A stretch of DNA of 55,817 nucleotides, counting the filler, from Scyliorhinus canicula (lineage: Eukaryota): the NCBI RefSeq assembly GCF_902713615.1. It is 2 parts of 2 records of this genome, joined end to end, with 100 filler letters (N's around TTAATTAATTAA, not from the genome) between each part and the next. Parts side by side here need not be neighbours in the genome. Positions count along the whole stretch, not along the records: positions 1 to 29,036 come from NW_024056028.1; 1 more part is not named here. One strand, 5' to 3'. Every line of letters begins with the position of its first letter. The stretch's first letter is position 1. Of the stretch, positions 12,400-24,670 are shown piece after piece. The position numbers were made by a program, and so were the translations under genes. Under the pieces are notes generated by a model that saw only the letters and a list, made by a program, of their open reading frames with translations, ran no database searches and had not been told where the DNA came from.

Positions 12400-12438
12400 C
12401 ACAGTGTCACATTCCCTGGGCAGCTCCGTTCAATAACC
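12400..12438 (+). promoter_or_regulatory. JH 23-RSS
   Basis: CACAGTG 12400-12406, 23-nt spacer, TCAATAACC 12430-12438. Confidence 0.93.
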
Positions 12439-12760
12439 GCACCTGCACAAAATAGACAGAAATCCACCACTATTTTAAATATTCACAAACCAACGGCAAA
12501 GAAAATTCAGGATTAATTTTCAGGAAACTATATTAATATTTGTGGTTACCGTTCTCTCTTCATCAATGACCGAATGTTCACATTTCCACAGACATGGAAA
12601 TGTTATTGAAAACACCAACTGTGACTAAATAACGACCACCAATTTTCCACATTAATTCTTATTATTTTGTTAGTGTTGGAAATAAATAATGCTTCACTGT
12701 GAATAAAGTTGGATTATAAACGCGAGCCCTGAGCCAGCCTCAGTTAATTAGTGCTCAGGG

Positions 12761-12826
12761 GCTTTTTGTATTGACAGTAACTGCTGTGCCCCAGTTATCA
12801 CAGTGAGACACAGCGTGTCAAATACT
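12761..12826 (-). other. IGHD: IgH D2 segment ATAACTGGGG (12789-12798) flanked by 12/12 RSSs
   Basis: 3' RSS CACAGCA + 12 nt + ACAAAAAGC (12788 to 12761); 5' RSS CACAGTG 12799-12805 + 12 nt + TCAAATACT 12818-12826. Confidence 0.93.
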
Positions 12827-13136
12827 GCGGCAGACTGTTAACTATAAAATACAGAGATTTAATTTCACTGCGCTCTCAAAAACTAACTCTGTTTCTTCCA
12901 AGAGCGAATGGGTGAGTTATTTCAGCTTGTCCTGGTCATTACATTTATAAATAGGATCGGAACACTTTTAAACCCTCTGGCAGATTTAGCGTGTCGGTCG
13001 ACGTGAGTAAAGTGGAAGATTTTTATACCTTTTTGCAAACTAATATTACTTCCAAACTTTGTTTTATTTAAAACTCATTTACATTGACGATCCTATTGTG
13101 GCGCTAATCACCAATTTGAACAAACTCTATCACTGA

Positions 13137-13217
13137 GGTTTTTGTATGAGGATGTCGCTGTGCACAGCACGGTGACCCACTGCTGTAGTCACAGTGACAG
13201 ACACCCGCACAAAAACT
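13137..13217 (-). other. IGHD: IgH D1 segment ACTACAGCAGTGGGT (13175-13189) flanked by 12-RSS (V side) and 22-RSS (D2 side)
   Basis: CACAGTG 13190-13196 + 12 nt + ACAAAAACT 13209-13217; CACCGTG (13174-13168) + 22 nt + ACAAAAACC (13145-13137). Confidence 0.95.
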
Positions 13218-13588
13218 GCACTCACTCTCTGTTCAGTCCTGCCGCTCAATATTCACTTCAAATACACGTTTACTTCTGATCTAATTTACAATTTATTCAA
13301 TCGTTTACAAAACAGAATGGTCAAAGCTCTGCTCCAAATTATAGACATATTAAAACACGGTATCATATTCAGGTCAGTAATTGCTGAAACTGAGACATTA
13401 CATATAAACACAGTCACATTGTATTGACAGTATCGGTAGGTTTGTTAGGTTTTACTGCGAACATTTGTCTGTCTCAGTTGTGTCAGACGCGGTTCGTTTT
13501 CCGGTTCTGACCACTGACATTAATATTAGATTTGGATCAAGTGCTGACCTTCAGGTTAAGGTGCAAGTTGCTGAATTCCCTCTCGAGC

Positions 13589-13627
13589 TGTTCTTGTGCG
13601 GGTCCAGACCTGGTTCCTCTCGCTGTG
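13589..13627 (-). promoter_or_regulatory. VH 23-RSS
   Basis: CACAGCG (13627-13621), 23-nt spacer, ACAAGAACA (13597-13589). Confidence 0.93.
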
Positions 13628-13932
13628 GTATCTTGCACAGTAATAGATGGCGGTGTCTTCGGTCTTCAGGCTCCTCATGGCCAAAGAGAAGATGTTGTTC
13701 GAAGTGTCTTTGGACGCAGTGAATCGATCTTTAATGGCTGGGGCGTAGTTGTTGCTGGATGAACTGTAGTAGCTCAACAGCCACTCCAGCCCCTGCCCGG
13801 GAACCTGGCGGACCCAGCTCATCCAGGTGCTGCCAAAAGTGAACCCGCTGGTTTTACAGGTCAGTGTCAGGGAGCCTCCGGGACGCCCGGTCTCTGCCTC
13901 TGGCTGAGTCAACACAACATCCGACTGGACAC
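13628..13932 (-). CDS. IGHV: IgM-type VH exon, germline (unrearranged), open reading frame
   Basis: [79 protein letters not shown]. Both Cys and the Trp are intact; acceptor ttttacAG at 13934-13933. Confidence 0.98.
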
Positions 13933-14060
13933 CTGTAAAAATATATCAAAAAGCCCGAGGATTAATGCTGGTGAAATGATTGGTGACTCTGGAACATTCC
14001 AGAGAGAGACTAACACTGAGACAGTAACAGTGAGAGACTTGGACAATAAAAACTACTCAC

Positions 14061-14107
14061 GGGATAAGAAAGTCAGCAACAAACTGAGAGAAATGGCCCC
14101 ACCTCAT
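14061..14107 (-). pseudogene. IGHV: VH leader exon with +1 frameshift (47 nt; the V exon needs phase 1, 46 nt)
   Basis: ATG AGG TGG GGC CAT TTC...ATC CC|GTGAGT. Removing one G from TGGGG gives MRWAISLSLLLTFLS-R, in phase with the GT-GTC-CAG-TCG start of the V exon. Confidence 0.85.
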
Positions 14108-14194
14108 CCTTCTGGTCATTTGGGGGAAATGGTTGTGTCAGGAACTCAGTGAACAAACCAGCTCCCGGACTGTTGGATTCGGGTCCCAGTGAGC

Positions 14195-14260
14195 GGCATT
14201 TAAATACCCGGCAGAAGGGGGCGGCTTTCCAGGCGCCGCCTGTTGATTCCCTGGTGGAGG
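14195..14260 (-). promoter_or_regulatory. VH promoter region: TATA-like TATTTAAAT and GC box; no octamer seen
   Basis: Plus-strand atttaaata at ~14199-14207, about 90 nt upstream of the ATG; ggggcgg at ~14218-14224. No perfect ATGCAAAT/ATTTGCAT found by eye nearby, consistent with shark IgH promoters lacking the octamer. Confidence 0.55.
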
Positions 14261-17200
14261 CGGCGCCTGGATCCACGTCCCACCTTCCACAACCACCCCC
14301 CCCCCCCCCCCACCACCCACCCCCACCCCCCAACAACTGAAAGGACCCAGAGATTTACTATAGGTTATTATTAAAATAGACATTTATGTGTATCGGGATA
14401 TTTGTTTGTCTGACTGGATTCATTGTAATGTCTCTCCTCGTCCGAATCGAAATTTATATTTGAGCATCTATAAGTAAATCTAAATCCATTATATATTAAG
14501 TCTCTTTATTTCTGCACTCCAATATAAAAGGATGAACATAAACAGATTAAATTACATTATCAGGGAATAAATCGTCTGTCTATCCCATCACAACAATAAA
14601 GTATAATTTATCAGACGAAATGTAACTAAATGAGGGAATGAATGACGTGATTACATTTGCAGTGCGGATGGCCATCACTGTACAATGTGGGCCTGTCGAC
14701 AAGAAGAAACTCTCACATTATACAATGTCTCTCCTTAAATTTCTGGAACTGCCCCAGAGCCTCAGGCAGTCCTGTGAACATTAGCGGTAAAAAAGAAGCC
14801 GCTTGCCTGATAATTCAGCAGTGAGTTGACAGAGAAACATAAAATTCACATCATCTTTTGACAGAAGTTAATGAATCAGAATGGACACGGCGATCAGCAA
14901 AGTTATCCTTCAGCATCCAAATCATTGCCGCTAATTTTACTGACCAGCGGCTGTCTAACATTCACTGGTGTTGGGAACACAGGATATCAGGACTTGACAG
15001 CATATTACACAATATCACAAGAATACATGTTTAATCTTCCACTGAAGCAGATCATGAACTGGTCATTTCTCCACTCATTGGCAGCAATAAGAGGGACTGT
15101 TAAATAATGGAAATCAGCACAAATTGCACTGTACAGAACACGGTGCTGATCAGGTATAAGATACTCCACCGTCTAAATGAGGTCAACAACTCGGAGAATA
15201 TTCCAGGAATTCCGGCGGGTTTTGAGCACTTTTATGATTTCTTTTAATTCAACTTATATTTTCTTGCAATTCCCCTCATCTTATTGAACTTGTGGATTGG
15301 GTCCATCAACACCACTCACTCTCACTTCATTAGGTTCTTCACAAACGGGCTTTCATAACTAGAGTGACCTTCACACGGAATTTATATAAATTAAATAGCA
15401 CGAGTCAATTTACTATTTTCCGATTATTTTTAATCGAAGAGTGAACAGAACATCCACTGAATATATTTATTTAGATGGAACACCATTTAAAACGTTTACT
15501 TCATGTGCGACTGAAACATTTATTGTTTGAATGGATCAATCCCATTTAATCCATTCATATTCAGGTTAATCTGCCCCACACAGTATTTGGCAGCAATCCA
15601 GCCGCCTGCAGTCAGGGAGGCTCGAATGTTCAATGTTGTTTACAGGAAGCATCTGGATTTGTTTTTCCAGAGATCTGTTGGCTCAGTACTGACCGCTTGA
15701 CTGCAAGCCAACTTCAAACTCTTAACATTGTCAATGAGAACTATTTATAAATAAATCTACCCAGCAACAGTACTGGAGATCATTTTATGGTTTTAAATTG
15801 TGAACCTATTTGTACTGTTTCCATCTCTATGGAAAGGATTTGTAGCCCCTCTTAGCAGCAATGTCCCGCTGGAGGATCTCTCCCACATCTCATAACATTG
15901 TGATGACGGATAGAAATACAAGCAGACTATCAGACAGAGGGTCCATTTGTAACAGACCAACATGTATATTCATGTTTCCCCCCTAAATACTTTCATGGAT
16001 CGTGGGACTCAATGCAAGACCCTGCCCCTAATTACTCTTGAACTGAGCGGTTTGCTTTGCCAGTTCGGAATGAATGAAAGAGTCAGACATGTTGCTGTCC
16101 GACTGGAGCCTGATGTAGGTGAAGCCGGGGAGAGATGACAGATTTCCTTCATTGGTGAAACAGAGCGGATTTCATGTAATATGTATTCCAGATTATTAAG
16201 TGGAATCAAATTCCCCCCGACTATGGTGGGATTTGTACCCGAGCATTTGTACCCTGGCATTTTTATTACTGGCCCAATAACATTATTACTGCATCACTAT
16301 CCACCCAAAATATAAAGGGATCACTGATTTGATGTAGAGGTGAGTGTTAGTTGGATGCCTGAATATTGTGATTGAGGAATCAGTGAATGGGGTTGATGGA
16401 TGGATGGATAGATGGCCCTGAAAGATGCTGTTCTACATTCTCAGTTTTGCGCTTGTTGATTTCACAAATTAAAGTTAGTCCTTTATAATTTGTATCCCCT
16501 GATACATTCGGTGGCTGAAACCTTTCTGGGTGAATTCCCTCCCCAAACTATCGGGAAATAACGAGCTAGACGTCACTAAGAGGAAACTGGAGATATTCCT
16601 GCGGTGCTGATGATTCTTCTCTGCTGGTGGTGAATCTTCATCTCAAAGTCAGAAAGCGGGAACGTGATTACATTGTGGAGGACGGTGTTGTAATATTTGG
16701 AACATGTTATCATTTCGTGTACAATAAGTTACTCCAGATGTCCTCACCCAAATTAATGAAGACACCAGACTAATACATATAATGTGAAACAGAAATACTG
16801 TGAAACTCAGTGGACAGCTGTAAATGTTGAATTACTTTCCAAAACAGTGTGATAAGAAATTGGGAAGTAAAGATTCATTAACGTTACATTAGGTAAAGGC
16901 ATTTTTATTCTACCGGCACTTTAAAAATCATCTCACCCTCCAATCTGGAGATTCTGTGTGACGATGACGTGACTACTGTCCAATACAGCGCAGTGGCTGC
17001 TGGGTAGCTGCATATTATCCTCGGTCTGGTTTAATTCCATTTCACTTTGAATTCCGGTGTAGATGTTACTTGTTGGTGACCGAATGGTCAATGCTATCTC
17101 AATTACGTTTAATCTCAATAAATTATGTTAAACATACAAAATTAGAATTAGGAGCAGAAATAGGCAATTAAGCCCTGCGAGCCAGCTCCGCCATTCAATC

Positions 17201-17389
17201 ATCATCGCTGATCTCTTCCTGGTCTCAAATCCAACTCCCTTAAATGAATTGTATTTACATTTTGTAAAAGAAAGTGCGGATCATAATTGGTGAATGGAAC
17301 TTCTTATGTTGTGTTGATGATAATTGAATAATATCATTATTTAACTTTGTGACTTGTGACAATTGGTGATATTCGCCACGGAATTGCTA

Positions 17390-18120
17390 AACAATGACCA
17401 TCTCCACCAAAATAAAATCTAACCATTGCTCCTTGACATTCATTGATATTGTCATTGCTGAAATCCCCACGATCAATGCACTGGGGTTACCATTGACCAG
17501 AAACTGTACTGGACTGACCATATAAATACTGAGGCTACAAGATCCGATCAGCGTCCAGGAAACCTGCGGTGAGCAACTCACCTCCTGACTCCCAAAGCCT
17601 GTTCACGATCTACAAAGCATAAGCCAGGAGTGTAATTGAATACTCTCCAGTGGCCTGGCTGGGTGCAGCTCCAACAAAATTCAAGAATCTCGACACCATC
17701 CAGGCCAAAGTAGCTTTATTGTCACCCCATGTGCAAACACTCATTCCATCCACCTCCGGCGAATAATGGCAATAATGTTCCATCCACAAGATGCACTGGA
17801 GGAACGCAGCAAATCTCCTTTCGAAACACCTTCTGAACCCAGGACCATATCCTTCTAGAAGGAAAAGGCAGCTGATACATGGTAAGGTCACCACCTGGAA
17901 ATTCCCCTCCAAATCATTCACTATCCTAACTTGGAAATATATCACCGAATACTCGCTATCGCTGGTTCAAAAGCCTAGAATGGCCTCCCTAACAGCATCG
18001 TCTGTGTACCTGCACCAGAGTAACTGCAGAGGTTCAAACAAGCAGTTCACCGCCTCTTTGTGAAAGACAATTAGCTATGGACAATAAATCATGGCGTAGC
18101 CCTCGATGCCCATACCGTCA
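17390..18120 (+). mobile_element. CR1/L2-like LINE 3' fragment
   Basis: ctggggttaccattgaccagaaactg...atccaggccaaagtagc...aaattcccctccaaatcattcactatcc; same family as 5885-6950. Confidence 0.85.
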
Positions 18121-18715
18121 AACTTCATTTAAAACAGGGCTTTGTGGAACGATGGCAATTGGTGAATCTAATCGTTTATATTCATAAATTAATGAAAATT
18201 GGTGAATATAATTGCTATGTTTCTGAACATTTATGGCCTCCGCCTTCTCTGGTAGAAGGAAGAAGCCATCCCACTGGAGATTCATGATGTAAAATCATAA
18301 TCAATATCGGAAAACAAAGTGGACAGAGGGAAGTGCAACAACTATTGATATATCCCACTCGTAGCAGGACTGGGAAGGCCTTTGCGAGCTTTACACTTTG
18401 AACACTTCATCTGCTTGCAGGCGAAATGTTGCTGGAAGTAAGGTGCTGTGTTTGTGTCACAAGATTTACTCTGGACATGATCTGCTCTTCCTGCCACATG
18501 CCCACCTCTTCACCTTACTTTCATCAATCTCAATAAACATTCGACACTGTCGGTGAGCTGGTGTGAACTTTGAAATAGACACAAACCGAGAAAACGACAA
18601 CCCAGAACGACAATTGGGAGCTTCGTGTGCAAAATTGTGGAAATATTAGCTGTGTATCTATTGGAAATAGAAGGATGCCGTGGCCGTTGTGAAATTTGTA
18701 TGCAACATGTGTTTC

Positions 18716-18820
18716 ACACAAACACAGCCACACACACACACACACACACACAGACACAGCCACACACACACACACAGTCTCCCACGCACGCATTCTCTCT
18801 GTTTTACACGCACACACATT
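18716..18820. repeat. (CA)n microsatellite
   Basis: Direct reading. Confidence 0.9.
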
Positions 18821-19125
18821 TTCCCTTTAAAATTATTATCCCATGTTAACTTCCTGGGAAGCTTCGGACACAATGGCCCCAACCATTTTGCAGGTGGTAT
18901 AATAATCAATAAACTCTCCCCAACACTATGCTTGTGAGATGAATGTTACATTTCCCATGGACTCCATACAACGCCCAGGTAAACATTCCTCTATTTAACA
19001 AAGATGAACAAAAACGCTTCACCAGGAATTGAGCCGCTTAGCTCTGGTGCTGATCTCAATGTAGGAGAATCAGCCACGGACACCTGCAATTAGTTACACC
19101 TTAAATTTTGGCACCTCCCTTAGAA

Positions 19126-22090
19126 GACATAAGAACATAAGAACATAAGAGCTAGGAGCAGGAGTAGGTCATGGCCCCTCGAGCCTGCTCCACCATTCAA
19201 TGAGATCATGGCTGATCTTTTGTGGACTCAGCTCCACTTTCCGGCCCGAACACCATAACCCTTAATCCCTTTATTCTTCAAACAACTATCTATCTTTACC
19301 TTAAAAGCATGTAATGAAGGAGCCTCAACTGCTTCACTGGGCAAGGAATTCCATAGATTCACAACCCTTTGGGTGAAGAAGTTCCTCCTAAACTCAGTCC
19401 TAAATCTACTTCCCCTTATTATTGAGGCTATGTCCCCTAGTTCTGCTTTCACCCGCCAGTGGAAACAACCTGCCCGCGTTTATCCTATCTATTCCCTTCA
19501 TAATTTTAAATGTTCTATAAGATCCCCCTCATCCTTCTAAATTCCAACGAGTACAGTCCCAGTCTGCTCAAACTCTCCTCATAATCCAACCCCTTCAGCT
19601 CTGGGATTAACCTAGTGAATCTCCTCTGCACACCCTCCAGTGCCAGTACGTCCTTTCTCAAGTAAGGAGACCAAAACTGAACACAATACTCCAGGTGTGG
19701 CCTCACTAACACCTTATACAATTGCAACATAACCGCCCTAGTCTTAAACCCCATCCCTCTAGCAATGAAGGACAACAATCCATTTGCCTTAATCACCTGT
19801 TGCACCTGTAAACCAACCTGCTGTGACTCATGCACTAGCACCCAAGTCTCTCTGCACAGCGGCATGCTTTAATATTTTATCGTTTAAATAATAATCCCGT
19901 TTGCTGTTATTCCTACCAAAATGGATAACCTCACATTTGTCAACATTGTATTCCATCTGCCAGACCCTAGCCCATTCACTTAACCTATCCAAATCCCTCT
20001 GCAGACTTCCAGTATCCATTGCACTTTTTGCTTTACCACTCATCTTAGTGTCATCTGCAAACTTGGACACATTGCTCTTGGTCCCCAACTCCAAATCACC
20101 TATGTAAATTGTGAACAATTATGGGCCCAACACGGATCCCTGAGGGACACCACTAGCTACTGATTGCCAACCAGAGAAACAACCATTAATCCCCACTCTT
20201 TGCTTTCTATTAATTAACCAATCCTCTATCCATGCTACTACTTTACCCTTAATGCCATGCATCTTTATCTTATGCAGCAACCTTTTGTGTGGCACCTTGT
20301 CAAAGGCTTTCTGGAAATCCAGATATACCACATCCATCGGCTCCCCGTTATCTACTGCACTAGTAATGTCCTCAAAAATTCCACTAAATTAGTTAGGCAT
20401 GACCTGCCCTTTATGAACCCATGCTGCGTCTGCCCAATGGGACAATTTCTATCCAGATGCCTCGCTATTTCTTCCTTGATGATAGATTCCAGCATCTTCC
20501 CTACTACCGAAGTTAAGCTCACTGGCCTATAATTTCCTGCTTTCTGCCTGCCTCCTTTTTTAAACAGTGGTGTCACGTTTGCTAATTTCCAATCCACCGG
20601 GACCACCCCAGAGTCTAGTGAATTTCGGTAAATTATCACTAGTGCATCTGCAATTTCCCTAGCCATCTCTTTTAGCACTCTGGGATGCATTCCATCAGGG
20701 CCAGGAGACTTGTCTACCTTTAGCCCCATTAGCTTGCCCATCAGTACCGCCTTAGTGATAACAATCCTCTCAAGGTCCTCACCTGTCATAGCCTCATTTC
20801 TATCAGTCGCTGGCATGTTATTTGTGTCTTCCACTGTGAAGAGCGACCCAAAAAACCGGTTCAGTTCTTCAGCCATTTCCCAGTCCTTAATCTCCCAGCA
20901 ATATTTGCCACTTTATATGCTTTTTCCTTCAATGTGATACTCTCCCTTATTTCGTTAGATATCCACGGTCGATTTTCCCTCTTTTTACCGTCCTTCCTTT
21001 TTGTTGGTATAAACCTTTGCTGAGCACTGTGAAAAATCGCTTGGAAGGTTCTCCACTGTTCCTCAACTGTTCCACCATAAAATCTTAGCTCCCAGTCTAC
21101 CTTAGCTAGTTCTTCTCTCATCCCCTTGTAATCTCCTTTGTTTAAACTCAAAACACTAGTATTTGATTTTACTTTCTCACCCTCCATCTGTATTTTAAAT
21201 TCCACCATATTGTGATCGCTCCTTCCGAGAGGATCCCTAACTATGAGACCATGAATCAATCCTGTCTCATTACACAGGACAAGATCTAGGACCGCTATTC
21301 CCTCGTAGGTTCCATTACATACTTTTCTAGGAAACTATCGCGGATACATTCTATAAACTCCTCCTCAAGGTTGCCTTGACCGACCTGGTTAAACCAATCG
21401 ACATGTAGATTAAAATCCCCCACGATAACTGCTGTACCATTTCTACATGCATTAGTTATTTCTGTTTATTGCCTGTCCCACCATAACGTTACTATTTGGT
21501 GGCCGATAGACTACTCCTATCAGTGACTTTTTCGCCTTACTATTCCTGATTTCCACCCAAATGGATTCAACCTTATCCTCCATAGCACCGATGTCATCCC
21601 TTACTATTACCCGGATGTCATCCTTAAATAACAGAGCAACACCACCTCCCTTACCATCCACTCTGTCCTTCCGAATAGTTTGATACCCTCGGATATTTAA
21701 CTCCCAGTCGTGACCATCCTTTTACCATGTTTCAGTAATGGCCACTAAATCATAGTCATTTACGGTGATTTGTGCCATCAACTCATTTACTTTATTCCGA
21801 ATACTACGAGCATTCAGGTAAAGTACACTTATGTTGTTTTTTTTTACCTCTGTTTTGAATCTAACATCTCCAGTTTATTCCTTTTGTTATTACTGGGCCT
21901 ATTCACTGAGCTCCCCTCAGTCACTGTACCTTGTACTGTCGCCCTTTTAGATTTTTGACTATGTCTTCTCTGCCTTGCACTTTTTCCCTTACTTCCTTTT
22001 GCTTCCGTCCCTGTTTTACTACCTTCCTACTTCTTGCATCGGTTGCCATCCCCCTGCCACGTTAGTTTAAACCCTCCCCAACAGCTCTAG
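19126..22090 (-). mobile_element. CR1 LINE, ~3 kb 5'-truncated: ORF1 end, APE endonuclease, RT, tail; multiple frameshifts
   Basis: Peptides [74 protein letters not shown]; (AAGAACAT)n tail at ~19126-19150; VGEGLN* ORF1 end at ~22062. Confidence 0.97.
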
Positions 22091-22479
22091 AAACCCCCCC
22101 CCCCCCCCCCCCCCATTTGTGGAAATGGGTAATGGATACATGAACATCATGGTTTATACCTGACAGCAACATTTTCACAGCAACTGCAATTGTAAAGTTT
22201 GGCCAGCCGATGGAATTTAAATCGAGATGCCTTGCATGACATGGAGCAGGCGTTGCCTCAATAATTACTGCACTGATCCCTGTCTCTGTTAATTTTAAAT
22301 TGGACTCCATCTGTATTTTTGTTAGACTAGACTCTGTCTTTGTTTATAATACAGGACACTCTGTTTCAATTAATACTGCACCAGTACTTGTCAATGTTTT
22401 ATCACACAATCAATGTGATCCTATTTTCAATATACAGGATCTGTCTCTGCAGTTTTGCCCATCCAGTCCTAAATACTAA

Positions 22480-23830
22480 TGAATAAATAAACAAAAGGCC
22501 AGAATAGGAGCCTCAATAAAATTCCGCTCTTCAATGATGGGGGAGCCCAGCACGTCAGTGCAAAAAACAAGACTGAAAGTTTCTGCCAGAGGTGCCGAGA
22601 GGATGATCCATCTCGGCCTCCTCCGGTGGTCTGCATCATCATGGATGTCAGTCTTCAGCAAATTTGATTCACTCCACACGATATCAAGAAACGGCTGACG
22701 GCGCAGCAATACTGAAGATGTGTGGCCTGGAACTGGCTGCGCCCCAGACAAGTTGCTCCAGTGCAGGTATAGCACTGACATGTACCCAACAATGTGTAAC
22801 ATTGCCAAACATGACCCGTCCACATAAGGCAGGAAAAATCCAACCCGGCCAATTATTGGCCATCAGTCCGCATTCGATCATCAGCAACTTCATGAAAAGT
22901 GTCAAGGAGCATCCTGTACGTATAGTATCCTAGCATAGTGCCCCCGGCCCCGGACCTTCATCATAAGGTCAGAAGTGGGATGTTCGTTGATGATTACCCA
23001 ATGTTCTGCACCATATTCGATTCCTCAAATACTGAAGCAGTCTGTCTTCATATACAGTAAGACTTGGACAACATTCAGGCTTGGGCTGACAAGTGTCAGG
23101 CAATGACCACCCCAAAAATAGAGATGCTAACCAACTCCCCTTGATTTTAAATGACACTACTTGATGAATCCCCCACCATCATTAGCATTGATGAAAAACT
23201 GAACTGGAAGAACCATTTAAATAATGTGGCTACAAGAGCAGGTCAGTGGCTGGAAATTACGGTGAGTTTCACCTCCTGACTTCCCAACCCCTACTCATCA
23301 TCTAGAAGGCAGAAGTCAGGAGTTTAACTGAATATTCTCCATTTGTCTGAAGTGCGCCCCTCAAGCAACACTCGAGAATCTCAACGCCATCCAGACAAAG
23401 CGGCCGACTCGAGGAACACCCCATCCACCAGCTGAAACATTCACTCCCTGCATCACGTGTACAATTCTAGCAGCGTGAGCGATACACAAGGATGTACTGC
23501 AGCAACTGCTCCTTCTATACCACCTTCCAAACCCACGAACTCGCATTTAAAAGGACCAGGCCCGACAGACATTATAACAGCAGGACCTGCAAGTTCCCCG
23601 ACAAGCCTCACACCACTTCATAGAGTTCATAGAATTTACAGTGCAGAAGATGGGAACTATATCTCTTTACTGTCACTGGTCAAAATCCTGGAACTCCCTT
23701 CCTATCAGCTCTGTGGGTGGACTTGCTCAGTATGGAATGCAATGGTTCAATAAGCGGGCTCAACACCACATTCCCAAGGGCAATTAGGAATTGGCATCAA
23801 ATGCTGACGTTACTGGTGACACCAAGATGC
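22480..23830 (+). mobile_element. CR1/L2-like LINE fragments
   Basis: caacccggccaattatt..ccgcattcgatcatcagcaa, gacaacattcaggcttgggctgacaagtg, and a 3' tail shared with the other copies. Confidence 0.8.
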
Positions 23831-24371
23831 CATTAAATCAGTTTAAACATATCTCTCCGCTTACATTCACCTCACCCCCGCCTCTGTTTACATTGCACTC
23901 GCCGTGTCTCTGTCACATTGCAACAGGTCCTGTCTCAGTTTCCCTGCACTCGGCTGAATATCAGTTGTTAATATACAGGCCCACGCCCTGTTTATATTAG
24001 AAATCATTAATAATAACTGCACTGAATCATGTCTCGGTTAGTCTGGCACGAAACACGTCACAATGGTTACAGCATCAGAACGTTTATCTGTGCATCGTAA
24101 ACTGGAACAACATTCTGTTTGCATCACGTGGTTCTCTCAGTTATTACTCGACAAGATAGTTAGATTCTAATAAACTCAATCCTGCTTTAGTTAATTCTAC
24201 ACCTGTCCATGTCCCTGTTTATATAACACTAGTCCCTGCCCTGTTATTCTTGTGTTGTACGATATCCCTCTTATTGCTGCATTGATCATGTCTCAATGTA
24301 TCAATCGACACTCCGCTAGACCAGAACTCAGTTTATATTGCACTAGACCCAGTCTCTGATTATGTTATCGG

Positions 24372-24670
24372 CGGCACGGATGGCACAGTGGTTAGCACTG
24401 CTGCCTCATAGCTCCAGGGTTCAATTCTTGACGATCGTGTGGAGTTTGCACTTTCTCCCTGTGTCTGAGTGGCTTTCCTCCGGATGCTCCTGTTTCCTCC
24501 CATAATCCAAAATATGTAGGTAGGTGTATTGGCCATTCTAAATTGCCCCTTAGTTCCAGGGATGCGCAGGTCATGTGCAAGGGCAGGGGATTGGGGAAGG
24601 TTTCTTTCAGAGGTCGGGGCAGATGCTATGGGCCGAGTGACGTTCTGCCCTGTAGGATTCTATATTTGAT
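24372..24670 (+). mobile_element. V-SINE (HE1-like), diverged
   Basis: tRNA-like head ggcacagtggttagcactgctgcctca and V-domain gtgtggagtttgcactttctccctgtgtctg. Confidence 0.85.

Noticed and set aside
14655-14662. Octamer-like ATTTGCAG upstream of VH
   Set aside because: One mismatch and ~550 bp from the ATG; not in the canonical promoter position.
14645-16675. Repeated 13-mer ACGTGATTACATT and CRE-like TGACGTGA upstream of VH
   Set aside because: A 13-mer match is expected by chance many times in 55 kb, and the sites are 0.5-2.5 kb from the ATG with no other support.
4225-20140. Inversion of the VDJ between the two similar, oppositely oriented CR1 copies as the reason C exons are missing
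   Set aside because: The geometry permits it, but no C exon is visible on the other side (19-55 kb) either, and nothing in the sequence marks an inversion.
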